Shown here piece after piece: positions 9,679-20,000 of a DNA stretch of 64,000 nucleotides. Every line of letters begins with the position of its first letter. Position 1 is the first letter of the stretch. The position numbers and the translations under genes are program-made. Origin of the DNA: Nitrospinales bacterium (GTDB lineage: Bacteria; Nitrospinota; Nitrospinia; Nitrospinales; VA-1); assembly GCA_965223345.1 (NCBI GenBank), contig CBDCWG010000007.1, forward strand, positions 192,001-256,000. Direction: 5' to 3'. Under the pieces are notes generated by a model. The model did not search any database, was not told the origin of the DNA, and saw only the letters and a list, made by a program, of their open reading frames with translations.

Positions 9679-10521
9679 TCAGTCAGTGGTGCTTTTTTCA
9701 AAGTTCATGATGCCCCAGGCCAGATATTCGTTTTTTCCCGCTTCAACCCAATGCTTGAGGCCCTTGATCATCTTGTCGATGTAATCCTTGCCGCACAGGG
9801 AAACCATTTTGTCATAGCGTTTTTCGGTTTCTTCCAGGACACGGTCGTAGTGGGTGGTCAAATGTTCGGACAACTCGGTGATCTCCGCCCGTTTCAAGCC
9901 CAGTTTGCGGGTGGTTTCCAGATAAAACCCGAAGGAGCCCAGGGAATCGAGATGGATACGGTCCAATACCGGCTTCAAAACCCCGTCGGGGCAATCGCGG
10001 GTCTGCATGAGGTCGGTGAAAATGAAGTTGCCGTTTTCGCGCAGCACGCGCCAGACTTCCTTCAATACCTGCTCGCGATCCGCGCTGTGAACGATGGCGT
10101 CCTGGGACCAGACCACATCGAAGGAGGCGTCGGGAAAACAGATGTCCTCAAAATTACCTTCGACGACGGTGATGAGATGGTCGAGCCCCTGCTGCTTGTT
10201 GAACAGGTCGTTTCTGGCGTTCTGGGTGGAGCTGAGGTTGAGGCAGGTGACTTTGCAGCCATAGTTTCTTGCGAGGTACCGGGCGGCGCCTCCATAACCC
10301 GATCCGAGGTCGAGGACTTCCGTTTCAGGGGTGAATTCCAGTTGCGAAGCCATTTTATTCACAATGCGTGGGCTGGCATCCTTGATGGGTTCTTCCTTGT
10401 CATAATAAATGCCCACATGAATATGCTCGCCGCCCCAGATATTGAAATAAAACTCATCTGCCGGTGAGCTGTTGTAATAATCCTGTGCTTTTTCTACTGC
10501 ATCCCCTGTCGTGACGGTCAT
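9679..10521 (-). CDS. Sarcosine/dimethylglycine N-methyltransferase (glycine betaine synthesis)
   Basis: YYNS..AD.FY..IWGGEHIHVG N-terminus, LDLGSGYGGAAR SAM motif, WSQDA, RIHLDSLGS. Confidence 0.85.
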   Translation of the reverse strand: MTVTTGDAVEKAQDYYNSSPADEFYFNIWGGEHIHVGIYYDKEEPIKDASPRIVNKMASQLEFTPETEVLDLGSGYGGAARYLARNYGCKVTCLNLSSTQNARNDLFNKQQGLDHLITVVEGNFEDICFPDASFDVVWSQDAIVHSADREQVLKEVWRVLRENGNFIFTDLMQTRDCPDGVLKPVLDRIHLDSLGSFGFYLETTRKLGLKRAEITELSEHLTTHYDRVLEETEKRYDKMVSLCGKDYIDKMIKGLKHWVEAGKNEYLAWGIMNFEKSTTD

Positions 10522-10718
10522 AATGCCTCCTTGATTGTAAACATTTCAGGATGGCATCCAGTCCCCCCTCAAAAAAAGGTTTTTTATTGAGTTCCTATTA
10601 AGAAACTATTTAAAAAAGGAAAACTGAACACAAATTTGAGCTCATTGTGCGGATATTTTTAATCAACACATAAAGCATTTGACTTGCAGAAGTGCTATGG
10701 TAACAAAAATAAGAGTTT

Positions 10719-12287
10719 TTGCAAGTTCGGGCGGTTCTGTCTTTTCCTTTCTCGTTTGTGAGTGCATTGCACAAAAAAATAATCATCAAACCCCTGGGTG
10801 TCTTCAAACGCACTTCCCCACCCGTTTTTCTCACATCCGCATCGATCATCGTCCTGCTGATCCTGTTCGGCACGCTGTTCACCGGAACGGCGGAAACGTT
10901 TTTCAATGCTCTGCAGAAAGAAATCACCGCTTCATTCAGCTGGCTGTTCACGATCGCCACGCTTTTTTTTCTGTTGTTCGCGCTTTTTCTGATTTTCAGT
11001 CCTTATGGGAAAATCCGTCTGGGGCAGGCGGATGACAGGCCGGAGTTTTCCACTTTCACCTGGTTTGCGATGTTATTCAGCGCCGGGATGGGCATCGGGC
11101 TGGTGTTCTGGAGCATTGCGGAACCCATCAGCCATTTTATCGCCCGTCCATCGGGGCAGGAAAACATTTCCGCCGCCGCGCTGGAGGCGATGAAGATCAC
11201 GTATTTTCACTGGGGACTGCACGCCTGGGCGGTCTTCATGGTCGTGGGTGTGTCTCTGGCTTTTTTTTCCTTCCGGCGCAACCTGCCGTTTTCACTGCGT
11301 TCGGCTTTCTATCCCCTCTTTGGAGAAAAAATTTTCGGCCCCATCGGGCATGCCATCGATATATTCGCGGTGGTGGGAACGCTGTTCGGTGTTGCCACGT
11401 CTCTGGGACTGGGGGCCATGCAGGTCAATTCCGGCTTGAACTTCATCGCGGGCGTGCCTCAGTCCGTCACGGTGCAGCTGTTGTTGATCGCCGGCATCAC
11501 GGCCATCGCCACCGTATCGGTGGTTCTGGGGCTGCACAAGGGAATCAGCCGCCTGAGCCTGTTCAACCTGTGGCTGGCCGGGGGGCTGATGCTGTTCGTG
11601 CTGACCGCGGGACCCACTTCGTATATTCTCGGTAATTTTTTTGAAAGCTCCGCAGCTTACCTGGGAAACCTGGCGCAACTGAGCTACTGGAGCGAGTGGG
11701 AAACCGACCTGAAATGGAAATCGAGCTGGACGATCTTCTACTGGGCCTGGTGGGTGGCCTGGGCGCCGTTCGTGGGCACGTTCATCGCACGCATATCGCG
11801 TGGACGAACGATCCGCGAACTGCTGGTGGCCGGTCTGTTCGCCCCCGCGCTGACCACGTTTGTGTGGCTGAGCGTTTTCGGAGGCACGGCGCTGCACCTG
11901 GAGATCTTCGCGGGCGCGTCGATCGCCGAGGCGGTTTCCTTCGATGTCAGCAGCGCGCTCTTCAAGACTCTCAACCAGCTGCCGTATTCCCTGATTTCCT
12001 CATCTTTAGCCACGCTGGCGATTGTCACCTTTTTCGTGACTTCCTCGGATTCAGGCAGCCTGGTGATCGACATGATCACCGCCGGCGGCGACGCCAACCC
12101 ACCGGTCAATCAGCGGGTGTTCTGGGCGATCACGGAGGGGGCGGCCGCCGCGGTGCTGCTCATCGCGGGAGGTCTGCAATCCCTGCAGACAGCGGCGATC
12201 GCATCGGGTTTCCCCCTCGCCCTGCTGCTCGTCGGGATGTGCTTCTGCCTGCTCAAAGCGCTGCGCCAGGACAGCGCGCAAGGATGA
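10719..12287 (+). CDS. BCCT-family transporter, glycine-betaine type (start uncertain)
   Basis: AMLFSAGMGIGLVFW, FHWGLHAW, FYWAWWVAWAPFVG, FFVTSSDSG. Confidence 0.93.
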   Translation: MQVRAVLSFPFSFVSALHKKIIIKPLGVFKRTSPPVFLTSASIIVLLILFGTLFTGTAETFFNALQKEITASFSWLFTIATLFFLLFALFLIFSPYGKIRLGQADDRPEFSTFTWFAMLFSAGMGIGLVFWSIAEPISHFIARPSGQENISAAALEAMKITYFHWGLHAWAVFMVVGVSLAFFSFRRNLPFSLRSAFYPLFGEKIFGPIGHAIDIFAVVGTLFGVATSLGLGAMQVNSGLNFIAGVPQSVTVQLLLIAGITAIATVSVVLGLHKGISRLSLFNLWLAGGLMLFVLTAGPTSYILGNFFESSAAYLGNLAQLSYWSEWETDLKWKSSWTIFYWAWWVAWAPFVGTFIARISRGRTIRELLVAGLFAPALTTFVWLSVFGGTALHLEIFAGASIAEAVSFDVSSALFKTLNQLPYSLISSSLATLAIVTFFVTSSDSGSLVIDMITAGGDANPPVNQRVFWAITEGAAAAVLLIAGGLQSLQTAAIASGFPLALLLVGMCFCLLKALRQDSAQG

Positions 12288-12293
12288 ACCCGG

Positions 12294-12830
12294 CTATTTT
12301 TTCTCGGGCAGTACCGCGCCGATCGCCTTGAGCCCGGCACTGGCGCAGGCTTCGTCGAGATGTCCGCCGGGCGCGCCGCCCACACCGATGCCGCCGACCA
12401 CGTCGCTACCGAACTTCACGGGAAACCCGCCCGCCAAAAGCAGGATGTCCTCGTTCATCTTGCCGAGCGCCTGAATGTTCGGCATCTTCACCACCAGCTC
12501 GGCGAAATGACCGGTGGCCCTTCTGAGGCTGTTGGCGGTGTAGGCTTTTTTGAAGCTGCTGTCCGGCGTATGCGGGCCGGCGCCGTCGCTGCGCACCAGG
12601 GCTTTGACCACCCCGCCGGAATCCACCACGGCGACGCTGACCTTGTAACCGTCGGCCTCGCATTTGACTCGCGCCGCGTCGGCGGCTTTCTGCGCGAGAC
12701 CGATCGGCAGCATTTTCCGGGACGGCAGGTCTGCGGCGAAGGCCGTTGCCGGCACGAAAATATAAAGAACAACGATCAAAAGCTTCCTGAATAGTGATAA
12801 CGCGGTCATGGGTCTCCCTTTCCCTGTCAA
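12294..12830 (-). CDS. Secreted heme-binding protein, GlcG/HbpS family
   Basis: Signal peptide; VAVVDSGG, KKAYTA, GGFPV, GGIGVGG...DEACA. Confidence 0.88.
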   Translation of the reverse strand: MTGKGRPMTALSLFRKLLIVVLYIFVPATAFAADLPSRKMLPIGLAQKAADAARVKCEADGYKVSVAVVDSGGVVKALVRSDGAGPHTPDSSFKKAYTANSLRRATGHFAELVVKMPNIQALGKMNEDILLLAGGFPVKFGSDVVGGIGVGGAPGGHLDEACASAGLKAIGAVLPEKK

Positions 12831-12923
12831 AACAGAACGTCGTATTTATGAATACGGTCAGACTAGCATACCAGCAGGGAGAGGATGAAAACAATCGAGG
12901 TCAAAGACTGCGGAGGGGGCGGC

Positions 12924-13685
12924 TCACAATTCTTCGGCGATGATGGCCTTGAGCCGGGTGCGGAGGCGAAACACGGCTTTGGAGTGGATCTGGGAAACGC
13001 GGGATTCGGTGATGCTCAACACTTCACCGATTTCTTTCATGGTCAACTCTTCGTAGTAGTACAGGGAAATCATGAGCCGTTCTTTTTCGGGCAGCTGGTC
13101 GATGGCTTTGGCGATGATCTCCTTGAGCTCGTTCAACCGCAACTGAGTCTGCGGATCCGCGTCCCCTTTGCCAGCAAGGCAGTCGAGCAGGCTTTGCTGT
13201 TCTCCGGTGTCTTTGGCGATTCCCAGATCTTCCAGGCTCAATACGGGCATGCTTCGCGTCTCGTTGATGGTGTCAAAAAGTTCGTTGAGGTTCAGCCCCA
13301 TGGCTTCGGCGACTTCCTCGTCCTCCGGCGGCCGTCCCAGCTGGCTTTGCAGCTTCTGCACCACCGAATCGAGGGAGGCGGCTTTCTGGCGCACCGAGCG
13401 CGGCACCCAGTCCATGGAACGCAACTCGTCGAGGATCGCGCCGCGCACGCGGAACTCCGCGTAGGTCTTGAATTTCGCGCCGCGTGAGGGATCGTATTTC
13501 TGGATGGCGTCGATCAATCCCAAGACCCCCACGCTGATCAAATCGTCCACTTCGATGTGGGGCGGCAGCCGCATGGCGATGCGGTTGGCGACGTACTTGA
13601 TCATGGGGCCGTATTCCTTGATCACCGCGTCGCGGTTCTCCTGGGAGATTTCGATTTCCTGCGCGACCTGCGCTTTTTCTACCAT
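12924..13685 (-). CDS. fliA: Flagellar sigma factor sigma28
   Basis: RVRGAILDELRSMDWVPRSVR, LYYYEELTMKEIG, ESRVSQIH. Confidence 0.96.
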   Translation of the reverse strand: MVEKAQVAQEIEISQENRDAVIKEYGPMIKYVANRIAMRLPPHIEVDDLISVGVLGLIDAIQKYDPSRGAKFKTYAEFRVRGAILDELRSMDWVPRSVRQKAASLDSVVQKLQSQLGRPPEDEEVAEAMGLNLNELFDTINETRSMPVLSLEDLGIAKDTGEQQSLLDCLAGKGDADPQTQLRLNELKEIIAKAIDQLPEKERLMISLYYYEELTMKEIGEVLSITESRVSQIHSKAVFRLRTRLKAIIAEEL

Positions 13686-13700
13686 TCAATCGTTCTCGAA

Positions 13701-13949
13701 TTAAGCCGTTTCGTCAAGGTGGGCGCCTTTTTGCTCGCCCTCGATTTCTTCAGGGGGTGCGTCGGTTTTCTCTTCCAGGATGTAATTGCCGAGAAACCAC
13801 GCCACAAGGCCGAACAGCAGGGCTCCCTCGGTTCCCCGGATCAGGGCGGTCAGAATCCTCGATCCGCTCAGCACGCTCCCGAAAGTGAGGATGGCAAAGG
13901 AAAACAGAGCGAAGATCAGCGCCATCTTTTTGATGCCGGTCTGGCTCAT
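13701..13949 (-). CDS. Small two-TM hypothetical protein in the flagellar operon
   Basis: ATG overlaps the flhG stop (ATGA); two hydrophobic segments and an acidic tail. Confidence 0.75.
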   Translation of the reverse strand: MSQTGIKKMALIFALFSFAILTFGSVLSGSRILTALIRGTEGALLFGLVAWFLGNYILEEKTDAPPEEIEGEQKGAHLDETA

Positions 13950-14812
13950 TGAACTTGAAACGCGCTCCTCCAAAAGAAGGGACGGTCCGCACCGTCCGCT
14001 TCCATCGGTTTTTCATTCACAATTTTTTCCGCCAGGTTGTCGAGGCACTGGCTCATCTTGGAATACGGGTACAGCTCCAGCATGGCCTTTTGCTGTCGCA
14101 CCGCCTTGGGAACGTTGGCGTCGGAAAGGATGAACCCCAGGTATTCGACCGAAATCTGCTTGAGGAATTTGTCGGTCACGGCTGAAAGGTTTCTGAAAAC
14201 CACTTGCGCTTCCCTTTCCGATTCGACGGAGTTGATGATGAGGCGAAAATGCTTTTGTGCGTGCTTCAGATGCAGAACCTTGATCAGGGCGTAGACATCG
14301 GTCAGGGAGGTGGGCTCCGTGGTCGCGATCAGGACGATTTCGTGGGCGGCGCTGCAAAAATAGGTGACGTTGGTCGAGATTCCCGCGCCGGTGTCGAACA
14401 GGAGAAAATCGTACCCCTGGCTGACCCGGTCGAGCTCGTCCATCAGACGCATTTTGGTGCCGCTTTCAAGCTGGGTCAACTCCTGCAACCCGTCTCCCGC
14501 GGGCAGCACGCCCATGCCCGCCGGCCCCTGGACGATGATGTCCTCTACGTTCTTCTCCCCGGACAACACATGCCCGATATGGAATTGGGGGGTCAGCCCC
14601 AGAAGAATGTCGATGTTGTTGAGCCCGAGGTCGGCATCGACCACGAGGACCCGTTTTCCCCTTTTGCAAAGGGCGTAAGCCAGATTGGCGACCACGTTGG
14701 TTTTTCCGACGCCGCCTTTTCCGCTGCTGACAGCCAGCACCCTGAGTGGGGAATTTTTCATTTGATTGGTGATAAGACTCCTCAATGTGGCTGCCTGATC
14801 GTAACGATCCAA
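13946..14812 (-). CDS. flhG: MinD-like flagellar number regulator FlhG/FleN
   Basis: N-terminal DQAATLR, GKGGVGKT, DADLGL, DTGAGIS, PTSLTDVYALIK. Confidence 0.95.
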   Translation of the reverse strand: MDRYDQAATLRSLITNQMKNSPLRVLAVSSGKGGVGKTNVVANLAYALCKRGKRVLVVDADLGLNNIDILLGLTPQFHIGHVLSGEKNVEDIIVQGPAGMGVLPAGDGLQELTQLESGTKMRLMDELDRVSQGYDFLLFDTGAGISTNVTYFCSAAHEIVLIATTEPTSLTDVYALIKVLHLKHAQKHFRLIINSVESEREAQVVFRNLSAVTDKFLKQISVEYLGFILSDANVPKAVRQQKAMLELYPYSKMSQCLDNLAEKIVNEKPMEADGADRPFFWRSAFQVQ

Positions 14813-14839
14813 TTTCGCGCTCCTTAATCTACTTGGATT

Positions 14840-15928
14840 TCAATTAAAAATCAAACGAATTACCTTTTCTTTTTCGGCCACTTCCAAATCCTCGGGCACG
14901 CGTTGCCCGGTCGTGAAATAGGAAAAAGGAATCCGCGTGCGCATGAAAAAATTCACCAGCGGACCGAACGTGATTCCTTCATCGAGTTTGGTGAACAGCA
15001 CGCGATCGATGCCCAGCGGCAAAAACTGTTTGCACGCCGCCTGCATCTGGCTCTCCTGGGCGGTGACTTCCAGCACCAGTTGCGTTTCGACGCTGCCGAG
15101 TTCGTTGAACAGCACCTTGAGTTGACCGGAGTACGAACGGTCCTTGTGACAGCGGCCCATCGTGTCGATCAGGATGAGGTCGCAGTCGGCGTGCGTGCGC
15201 AGAGTCTGTTTCAAATCCTTGCGGTTGTGCGCCAGCGCCACGGGAATGTTCAAGATGTCGCCGTAGATGCGCAGCTGGTCGAAGGCCCCCATCCGGTAGG
15301 TGTCGAGGGACACGAGCGCGACTTTCTTTTTCTGCCTGAGACTGAAATCGGCGGCGAGCTTGGCGATGGTCGTGGTCTTCCCTGCCCCCGTGGGCCCCAC
15401 AAAAACAACCTTTTTCGCGCGTTTCGGGTCGAGCTCGATACCGCCCTTGAAGATCAGCACTTTCTCCATCAACGCCTGCACCTGCGCCTGTTCCGTATCG
15501 AGGCCATTCGCGTGCGGCGCGGTTTGCTCGCAGGCTTTTTCGATGAACCGGGAGGCCAGCTGTTCCTGCAGGCCGCATTGCAGAAGACGCGAGTAGATGC
15601 CGAGTTGATGCGGCTTGAGACCGAGCGCCTGCGCCTGCTGGCTTTCGCTCAGCAACGCGCGGAACAGGGATTTCATATCGAAATCCTCATCGCCGGAATA
15701 TTCGAGGGTCTCTTCGGCCTGCCAGGGGGAAATCCCGTTCGGCTGTTTTCGCGACACGTATTCCACAGCGGCGGTGATCTCCACCACCGGCCTCTCGCCG
15801 TTGGCGGCGACTTCGCTGCCCTCCTCCAGCGAACGCGTGCTCAGGATGAGCGCGTTTTCCCCAAGTTCTTTTTTCACCTGGTCCAGTGCACCGCTGTAAC
15901 TGGACGCGACGAATCGTCTAATTCGCAT
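14840..15928 (-). CDS. flhF: SRP-type GTPase FlhF
   Basis: GPTGAGKTTTIAKLA, DTYRMGA, TKLDE, GQRVPEDL. Confidence 0.95.
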   Translation of the reverse strand: MRIRRFVASSYSGALDQVKKELGENALILSTRSLEEGSEVAANGERPVVEITAAVEYVSRKQPNGISPWQAEETLEYSGDEDFDMKSLFRALLSESQQAQALGLKPHQLGIYSRLLQCGLQEQLASRFIEKACEQTAPHANGLDTEQAQVQALMEKVLIFKGGIELDPKRAKKVVFVGPTGAGKTTTIAKLAADFSLRQKKKVALVSLDTYRMGAFDQLRIYGDILNIPVALAHNRKDLKQTLRTHADCDLILIDTMGRCHKDRSYSGQLKVLFNELGSVETQLVLEVTAQESQMQAACKQFLPLGIDRVLFTKLDEGITFGPLVNFFMRTRIPFSYFTTGQRVPEDLEVAEKEKVIRLIFN

Positions 15929-17996
15929 TTAAATTCACAACCTCCAGAGTTTTGATCTGCACGGACGGCATCACTTCGCTGTGCGACAACACCACCAGAT
16001 CCGGCAGAAACCGTTCGGTGAAACGGCGCAGGTGCAGGCGGATGGTCGGCGAAGCAAGCAGGATCGGCGAGGATTCCAGCCGCGGCGCGATGGCCTCCAT
16101 GGTTTCCTTCAACCGGGTCAGCAGTTTCTCGGCGACGTTCGGCTCCAGCGCCAGGTACGAGACGGTCTCGGTTTTCTGGATCGAACCTTCGATCACATCT
16201 TCCACGGCGCGGTCCAGCGTCAGCACCGAGAGCGTCCCGTCGGTGGACTGGTACTGCTTGGTGATCGGCCGGGCCAGCGACTGGCGCACGAATTCGGTGA
16301 GCAGGTCGGTGTCCTGGGTGCTGATGGCGCTGTCTGCGAGCTGCTCCAAAATAGTGCGCAGGTCGCGGATGGAGATCTGCTCCTTGAGCAGGTTTTGCAG
16401 CACCTTCTGCACTTTCCCGAGGCTCAGCACGTTGGGGATCAGCTCTTCCACCACCTTGGGGTTGGACTCCTTGAACTTGTCGATCAGCGCCTGCGTTTCC
16501 TGGCGGCCCACCAGTTCGTGGGCGTGCCGCTTGATGGTCTCCTTGATGTGGGTGGTGATGACCGTCGCGGGATCGACGACGGTGTAGCCCGCCATCTGCG
16601 CTTCCTGCTTGGCGCTGGAGGGAATCCACACGGCGGGCAGGCCGAACGTCGGTTCCTGGGTGGGGATGCCTTCCAGCTGCTTTTCGGTGTTGCCGGGATT
16701 CATCGCCATCAGCCGGCCCATCATGATCGCGCCGCGCGCCACCTCGACGCCTTTGATGACGATGGCGTAGTCGCTGGACTTGAGCTGCAGGTTGTCGCGG
16801 ATGTGCAGCGGCGGCACGATGAAACCCATTTCCAGCGCGAACTGGCGGCGGATGGATTTGATGCGGTCCAGAAGCTCGCCGTTGCGGTCCGCGTCCACCA
16901 GGGGAATCAGCTCGTAGCCCACTTCCAGCTCCATGACGTCCAGCGGCAGGATGGACTCGACCCGCTCGGCGACGGGCGCTTTGGCCTCTTCCTCGCGCTT
17001 GCGGATGTCCTGCACTTCCTTGCGCTTGAGGTCGTCGAAGCGGTAGTAGGCGATCGCGCCCGCGGCCGTTCCCAGCAGAAAGAACGGCAGATGCGGCAGG
17101 CCCGGAATGAGCCCGAAAAAGAACAGCGAGACCGAAGCGATGACGAACGCGAAGGGCTGGTTGAGCAGCTGGCCCAACAGCTCGAACGGCAGGTTCTTGT
17201 CGGACACGGCGCGCGTCACCACGAGACCGGCGGCGGTGGAGACGGTGAGCGCCGGCAGCTGCGACACCAGGCCGTCGCCGATGGTCAACAGGGTGTAGAC
17301 CTGGGCCGCCTGCGAGACTTCCATGGACTGCTGGAACACGCCGATGCTGAACCCGCCGATGATGTTGATCAGCGTGATCAGGATGCCGGCGATGGCGTCG
17401 CCGCGCACGAAACGGATGGCGCCGTCCATCGCGCCGTAGAAATCCGCTTCCCGCTCCAGGGTCTGGCGGCGCGTGCGAGCCTCCTGTTCGGTGATGATGC
17501 CGGCGTTGAGGTCGGCGTCGATGCTCATCTGTTTTCCGGGAATCGCATCCAGGGTGAAGCGGGCCGCCACTTCCGAGGTGCGCACCGAACCTTTGGTGAT
17601 GACGATGAAGTTGATCATCACCAGGATGATGAAGATGACCGTACCGACGACGTAGTTGCCGCCCACGACGAACGAGCCGAAGGACTGGATCACCTGTCCG
17701 GCGGCGGCGGGGCCCTCGCCGCCGTGCAGCAGGATGATGCGGGTGGACGCCACGTTGAGCGAAAGCCGGATCAGCGTCACGATCAACAGCAGCGACGGAA
17801 ACACCGAAAACTCCAGAGGCGCTTTCATGAACACCGCGACCAGCAGGATGATGATGGAAAAGGTCAGGCTGAACGATAGAAAGATGTCGAGGAAAAACGG
17901 CGGGATCGGCATGACCATGACGGTCAGGATGATGATCACGCCGAAGGCGACGCCGATTTCCTGCGGCCGCTCTGTCAGCACTCGCAATGGGTTCAT
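15918..17996 (-). CDS. flhA: Flagellar export gate protein FlhA
   Basis: EVAARFTLDAIPGKQMSIDADLNAG, FYGAMDGA. Confidence 0.97.
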   Translation of the reverse strand: MNPLRVLTERPQEIGVAFGVIIILTVMVMPIPPFFLDIFLSFSLTFSIIILLVAVFMKAPLEFSVFPSLLLIVTLIRLSLNVASTRIILLHGGEGPAAAGQVIQSFGSFVVGGNYVVGTVIFIILVMINFIVITKGSVRTSEVAARFTLDAIPGKQMSIDADLNAGIITEQEARTRRQTLEREADFYGAMDGAIRFVRGDAIAGILITLINIIGGFSIGVFQQSMEVSQAAQVYTLLTIGDGLVSQLPALTVSTAAGLVVTRAVSDKNLPFELLGQLLNQPFAFVIASVSLFFFGLIPGLPHLPFFLLGTAAGAIAYYRFDDLKRKEVQDIRKREEEAKAPVAERVESILPLDVMELEVGYELIPLVDADRNGELLDRIKSIRRQFALEMGFIVPPLHIRDNLQLKSSDYAIVIKGVEVARGAIMMGRLMAMNPGNTEKQLEGIPTQEPTFGLPAVWIPSSAKQEAQMAGYTVVDPATVITTHIKETIKRHAHELVGRQETQALIDKFKESNPKVVEELIPNVLSLGKVQKVLQNLLKEQISIRDLRTILEQLADSAISTQDTDLLTEFVRQSLARPITKQYQSTDGTLSVLTLDRAVEDVIEGSIQKTETVSYLALEPNVAEKLLTRLKETMEAIAPRLESSPILLASPTIRLHLRRFTERFLPDLVVLSHSEVMPSVQIKTLEVVNLNAN

Positions 17997-18046
17997 ACTC
18001 TAAATACCAGAGGGTTGAAAATACGTGTTGCCAACTCGAATCCGCA

Positions 18047-19120
18047 TCAAATGGGATGTTTTCCCTTCAAACGGTAGACGTACGCGAGGATCTCCGCGAC
18101 CGCCTTGTAGAGGCTGGCGGGAATCAACTGCCCCACCTCCACGGTCTTGTGCAGCACCCGCGCCAGGGGTTTGTTCTCGACGATGGGCACGTCGTTGTCC
18201 TGGGCGATGAGGCGGATCTTCTTGGCGATCGGCCCCGCGCCTTTCGCCACCACGATGGGGGCGTCGTAATTATCCAGATCGTATTTGATCGCCACGGCGA
18301 GCTCCGTGGGGTTGGTGACCACCACGTCGGCTTCGGGCACGGCGGACATCATGCGCCGGCGCATCATCTCGGTCTGCACGGCGCGGATCCGCTGCTTGAT
18401 CTGCGGGTTGCCTTCCGTCTCCTTGCGCTCGTCCTTGACCTCCTGCTTGGTCATGCGCAGGTTTTCCAGATAGGTGAAACGCTGGAACGCGTAATCGAAA
18501 GCGGCCAGCAGGATCATGGCCAGAAGGACCTTGAACATGATCTCGAGCGCCACCTCGCCCATGAACACCATGCTCTGCCCCACGCCGAACCCCATGAGCG
18601 GCGGAATCTGGTCCCAGTGGCCCTTGATGGTCTGGTAGGCGATGACGGAAACCAGCGTGATCTTGAACAAGGATTTGAACAGCTCCATCGCCGAGTTTTT
18701 CGAGAAGATGCGGCCGAATCCCTTGAGCGGGTTGAGCTTGTTGAACTTGGGCAGCAGAGGGTGGAACGAAACCTTGAAGCCGCGCGTCTGGATCAGGTTG
18801 GAGACGATGCCCGCGAACATGATGGTGAACAGAATGGGCGCCAGAATGAAAAACGTGCTCTTCAGCACCACGAGAAAAACCCGGTACAGCTCCTCGCTGC
18901 TCAGGGTCAGGGCGTGGGACTGCGTGAGGATCGCCCGCCAGGTGTCCATCATCTTGATGGGGCCCTGCTGGCCGATGGCGAAAAACGCCAGGATCGCCGC
19001 CATGAGGATGAACGAGGAGGTCATCTCCCGGCTGTGGGTGAAGTTCCCCTTCTCCTCGGCTTCCTGGATGCGCTTGGCCGAGGCCTCTTCTGTTTTCTGG
19101 TCTTTGTTCTCTTCGGCCAT
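18047..19120 (-). CDS. flhB: Flagellar export switch protein FlhB
   Basis: KTEEAS, MTKQEVKDERKETEGNP, VVVTNPT autocleavage site (NPTE rather than NPTH). Confidence 0.96.
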   Translation of the reverse strand: MAEENKDQKTEEASAKRIQEAEEKGNFTHSREMTSSFILMAAILAFFAIGQQGPIKMMDTWRAILTQSHALTLSSEELYRVFLVVLKSTFFILAPILFTIMFAGIVSNLIQTRGFKVSFHPLLPKFNKLNPLKGFGRIFSKNSAMELFKSLFKITLVSVIAYQTIKGHWDQIPPLMGFGVGQSMVFMGEVALEIMFKVLLAMILLAAFDYAFQRFTYLENLRMTKQEVKDERKETEGNPQIKQRIRAVQTEMMRRRMMSAVPEADVVVTNPTELAVAIKYDLDNYDAPIVVAKGAGPIAKKIRLIAQDNDVPIVENKPLARVLHKTVEVGQLIPASLYKAVAEILAYVYRLKGKHPI

Positions 19121-19193
19121 CGGGAACCGGAGTCGTTATCGCTTTAAAGAAGGGAACCGCCGCACGGGTCCGCCGCCTGCGCTTTGGTTCGCG

Positions 19194-19970
19194 TCATAGA
19201 GTACGCATCAATCCCAGGAGCTGGGAAGGCAACTCCTGAATGTGGTTTGAGAGCACGATACTGAAAAACGGCATGGCCAGCGCGATCATCAGCAGGCCCA
19301 CACCGATCTGCAAAGGGAATCCGACGATGAAGACGTTCATCTGCGGAACGGTCCGCGCCACCAGCCCCAGGCCGACACTGAGGAAAAACAGGATGGCCAT
19401 GACGGGTGCGGCGATTTTCACCGCGATCAGGAACATGGCCGAAAACAACTGCAGAATGTATTCGGCGGTCACGCCGCCGAGGCTCATGCTGGCCGGGTGG
19501 ATCACACTGAAACTCTCGACCACCGCGCCGATCACGATGTGGTGCGCGTCGGTGACGAGAAAAATCAGCACCGCCAGGATGTTCTGAAACTGCGCGGTGA
19601 TGGAAACCTGGGCCTGGGTCTGCGGGTCGATGACGTTGACCACCCCGAAACCCATCTGAAAGTCCACGATGGTCCCCGCCACCTGCACGGAGGTGAACAC
19701 CAGCCGGGTTGCGAACGCGATGGCCAGCCCGACCCCCGCTTCCGCGGTCAGATACACCGCAAGCTCCACCAGCCCCTTGGGATCGGGCATGGGTTTGTCG
19801 CTCACCATCGGGTAGATCAGCAGGCTGAACATCAGGATGAACCCGGCCTTCAGGCGCACGGGTATCTGGGCGCTGCCCAAGATGGGAGAAAACAGGATCA
19901 GGGCCCCGACCCGGAAAAACACGAACAGGAAGCTTTCGAACTCTTCCGGATTGAAATTTAAAAGATCCAT
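19194..19970 (-). CDS. fliR: Flagellar export protein FliR
   Basis: AGTIVDFQMGF, ARTVPQMNVFIVGFPL. Confidence 0.95.
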   Translation of the reverse strand: MDLLNFNPEEFESFLFVFFRVGALILFSPILGSAQIPVRLKAGFILMFSLLIYPMVSDKPMPDPKGLVELAVYLTAEAGVGLAIAFATRLVFTSVQVAGTIVDFQMGFGVVNVIDPQTQAQVSITAQFQNILAVLIFLVTDAHHIVIGAVVESFSVIHPASMSLGGVTAEYILQLFSAMFLIAVKIAAPVMAILFFLSVGLGLVARTVPQMNVFIVGFPLQIGVGLLMIALAMPFFSIVLSNHIQELPSQLLGLMRTL

Positions 19971-20000
19971 GGAATTTTCGCATCACCGGTCATCACGCGA

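Noticed and set aside
18250..18330. FlhB NPTE instead of NPTH as loss of autocleavage
   Set aside because: The Asn-Pro scissile pair is intact, and the rest of the export cluster looks complete
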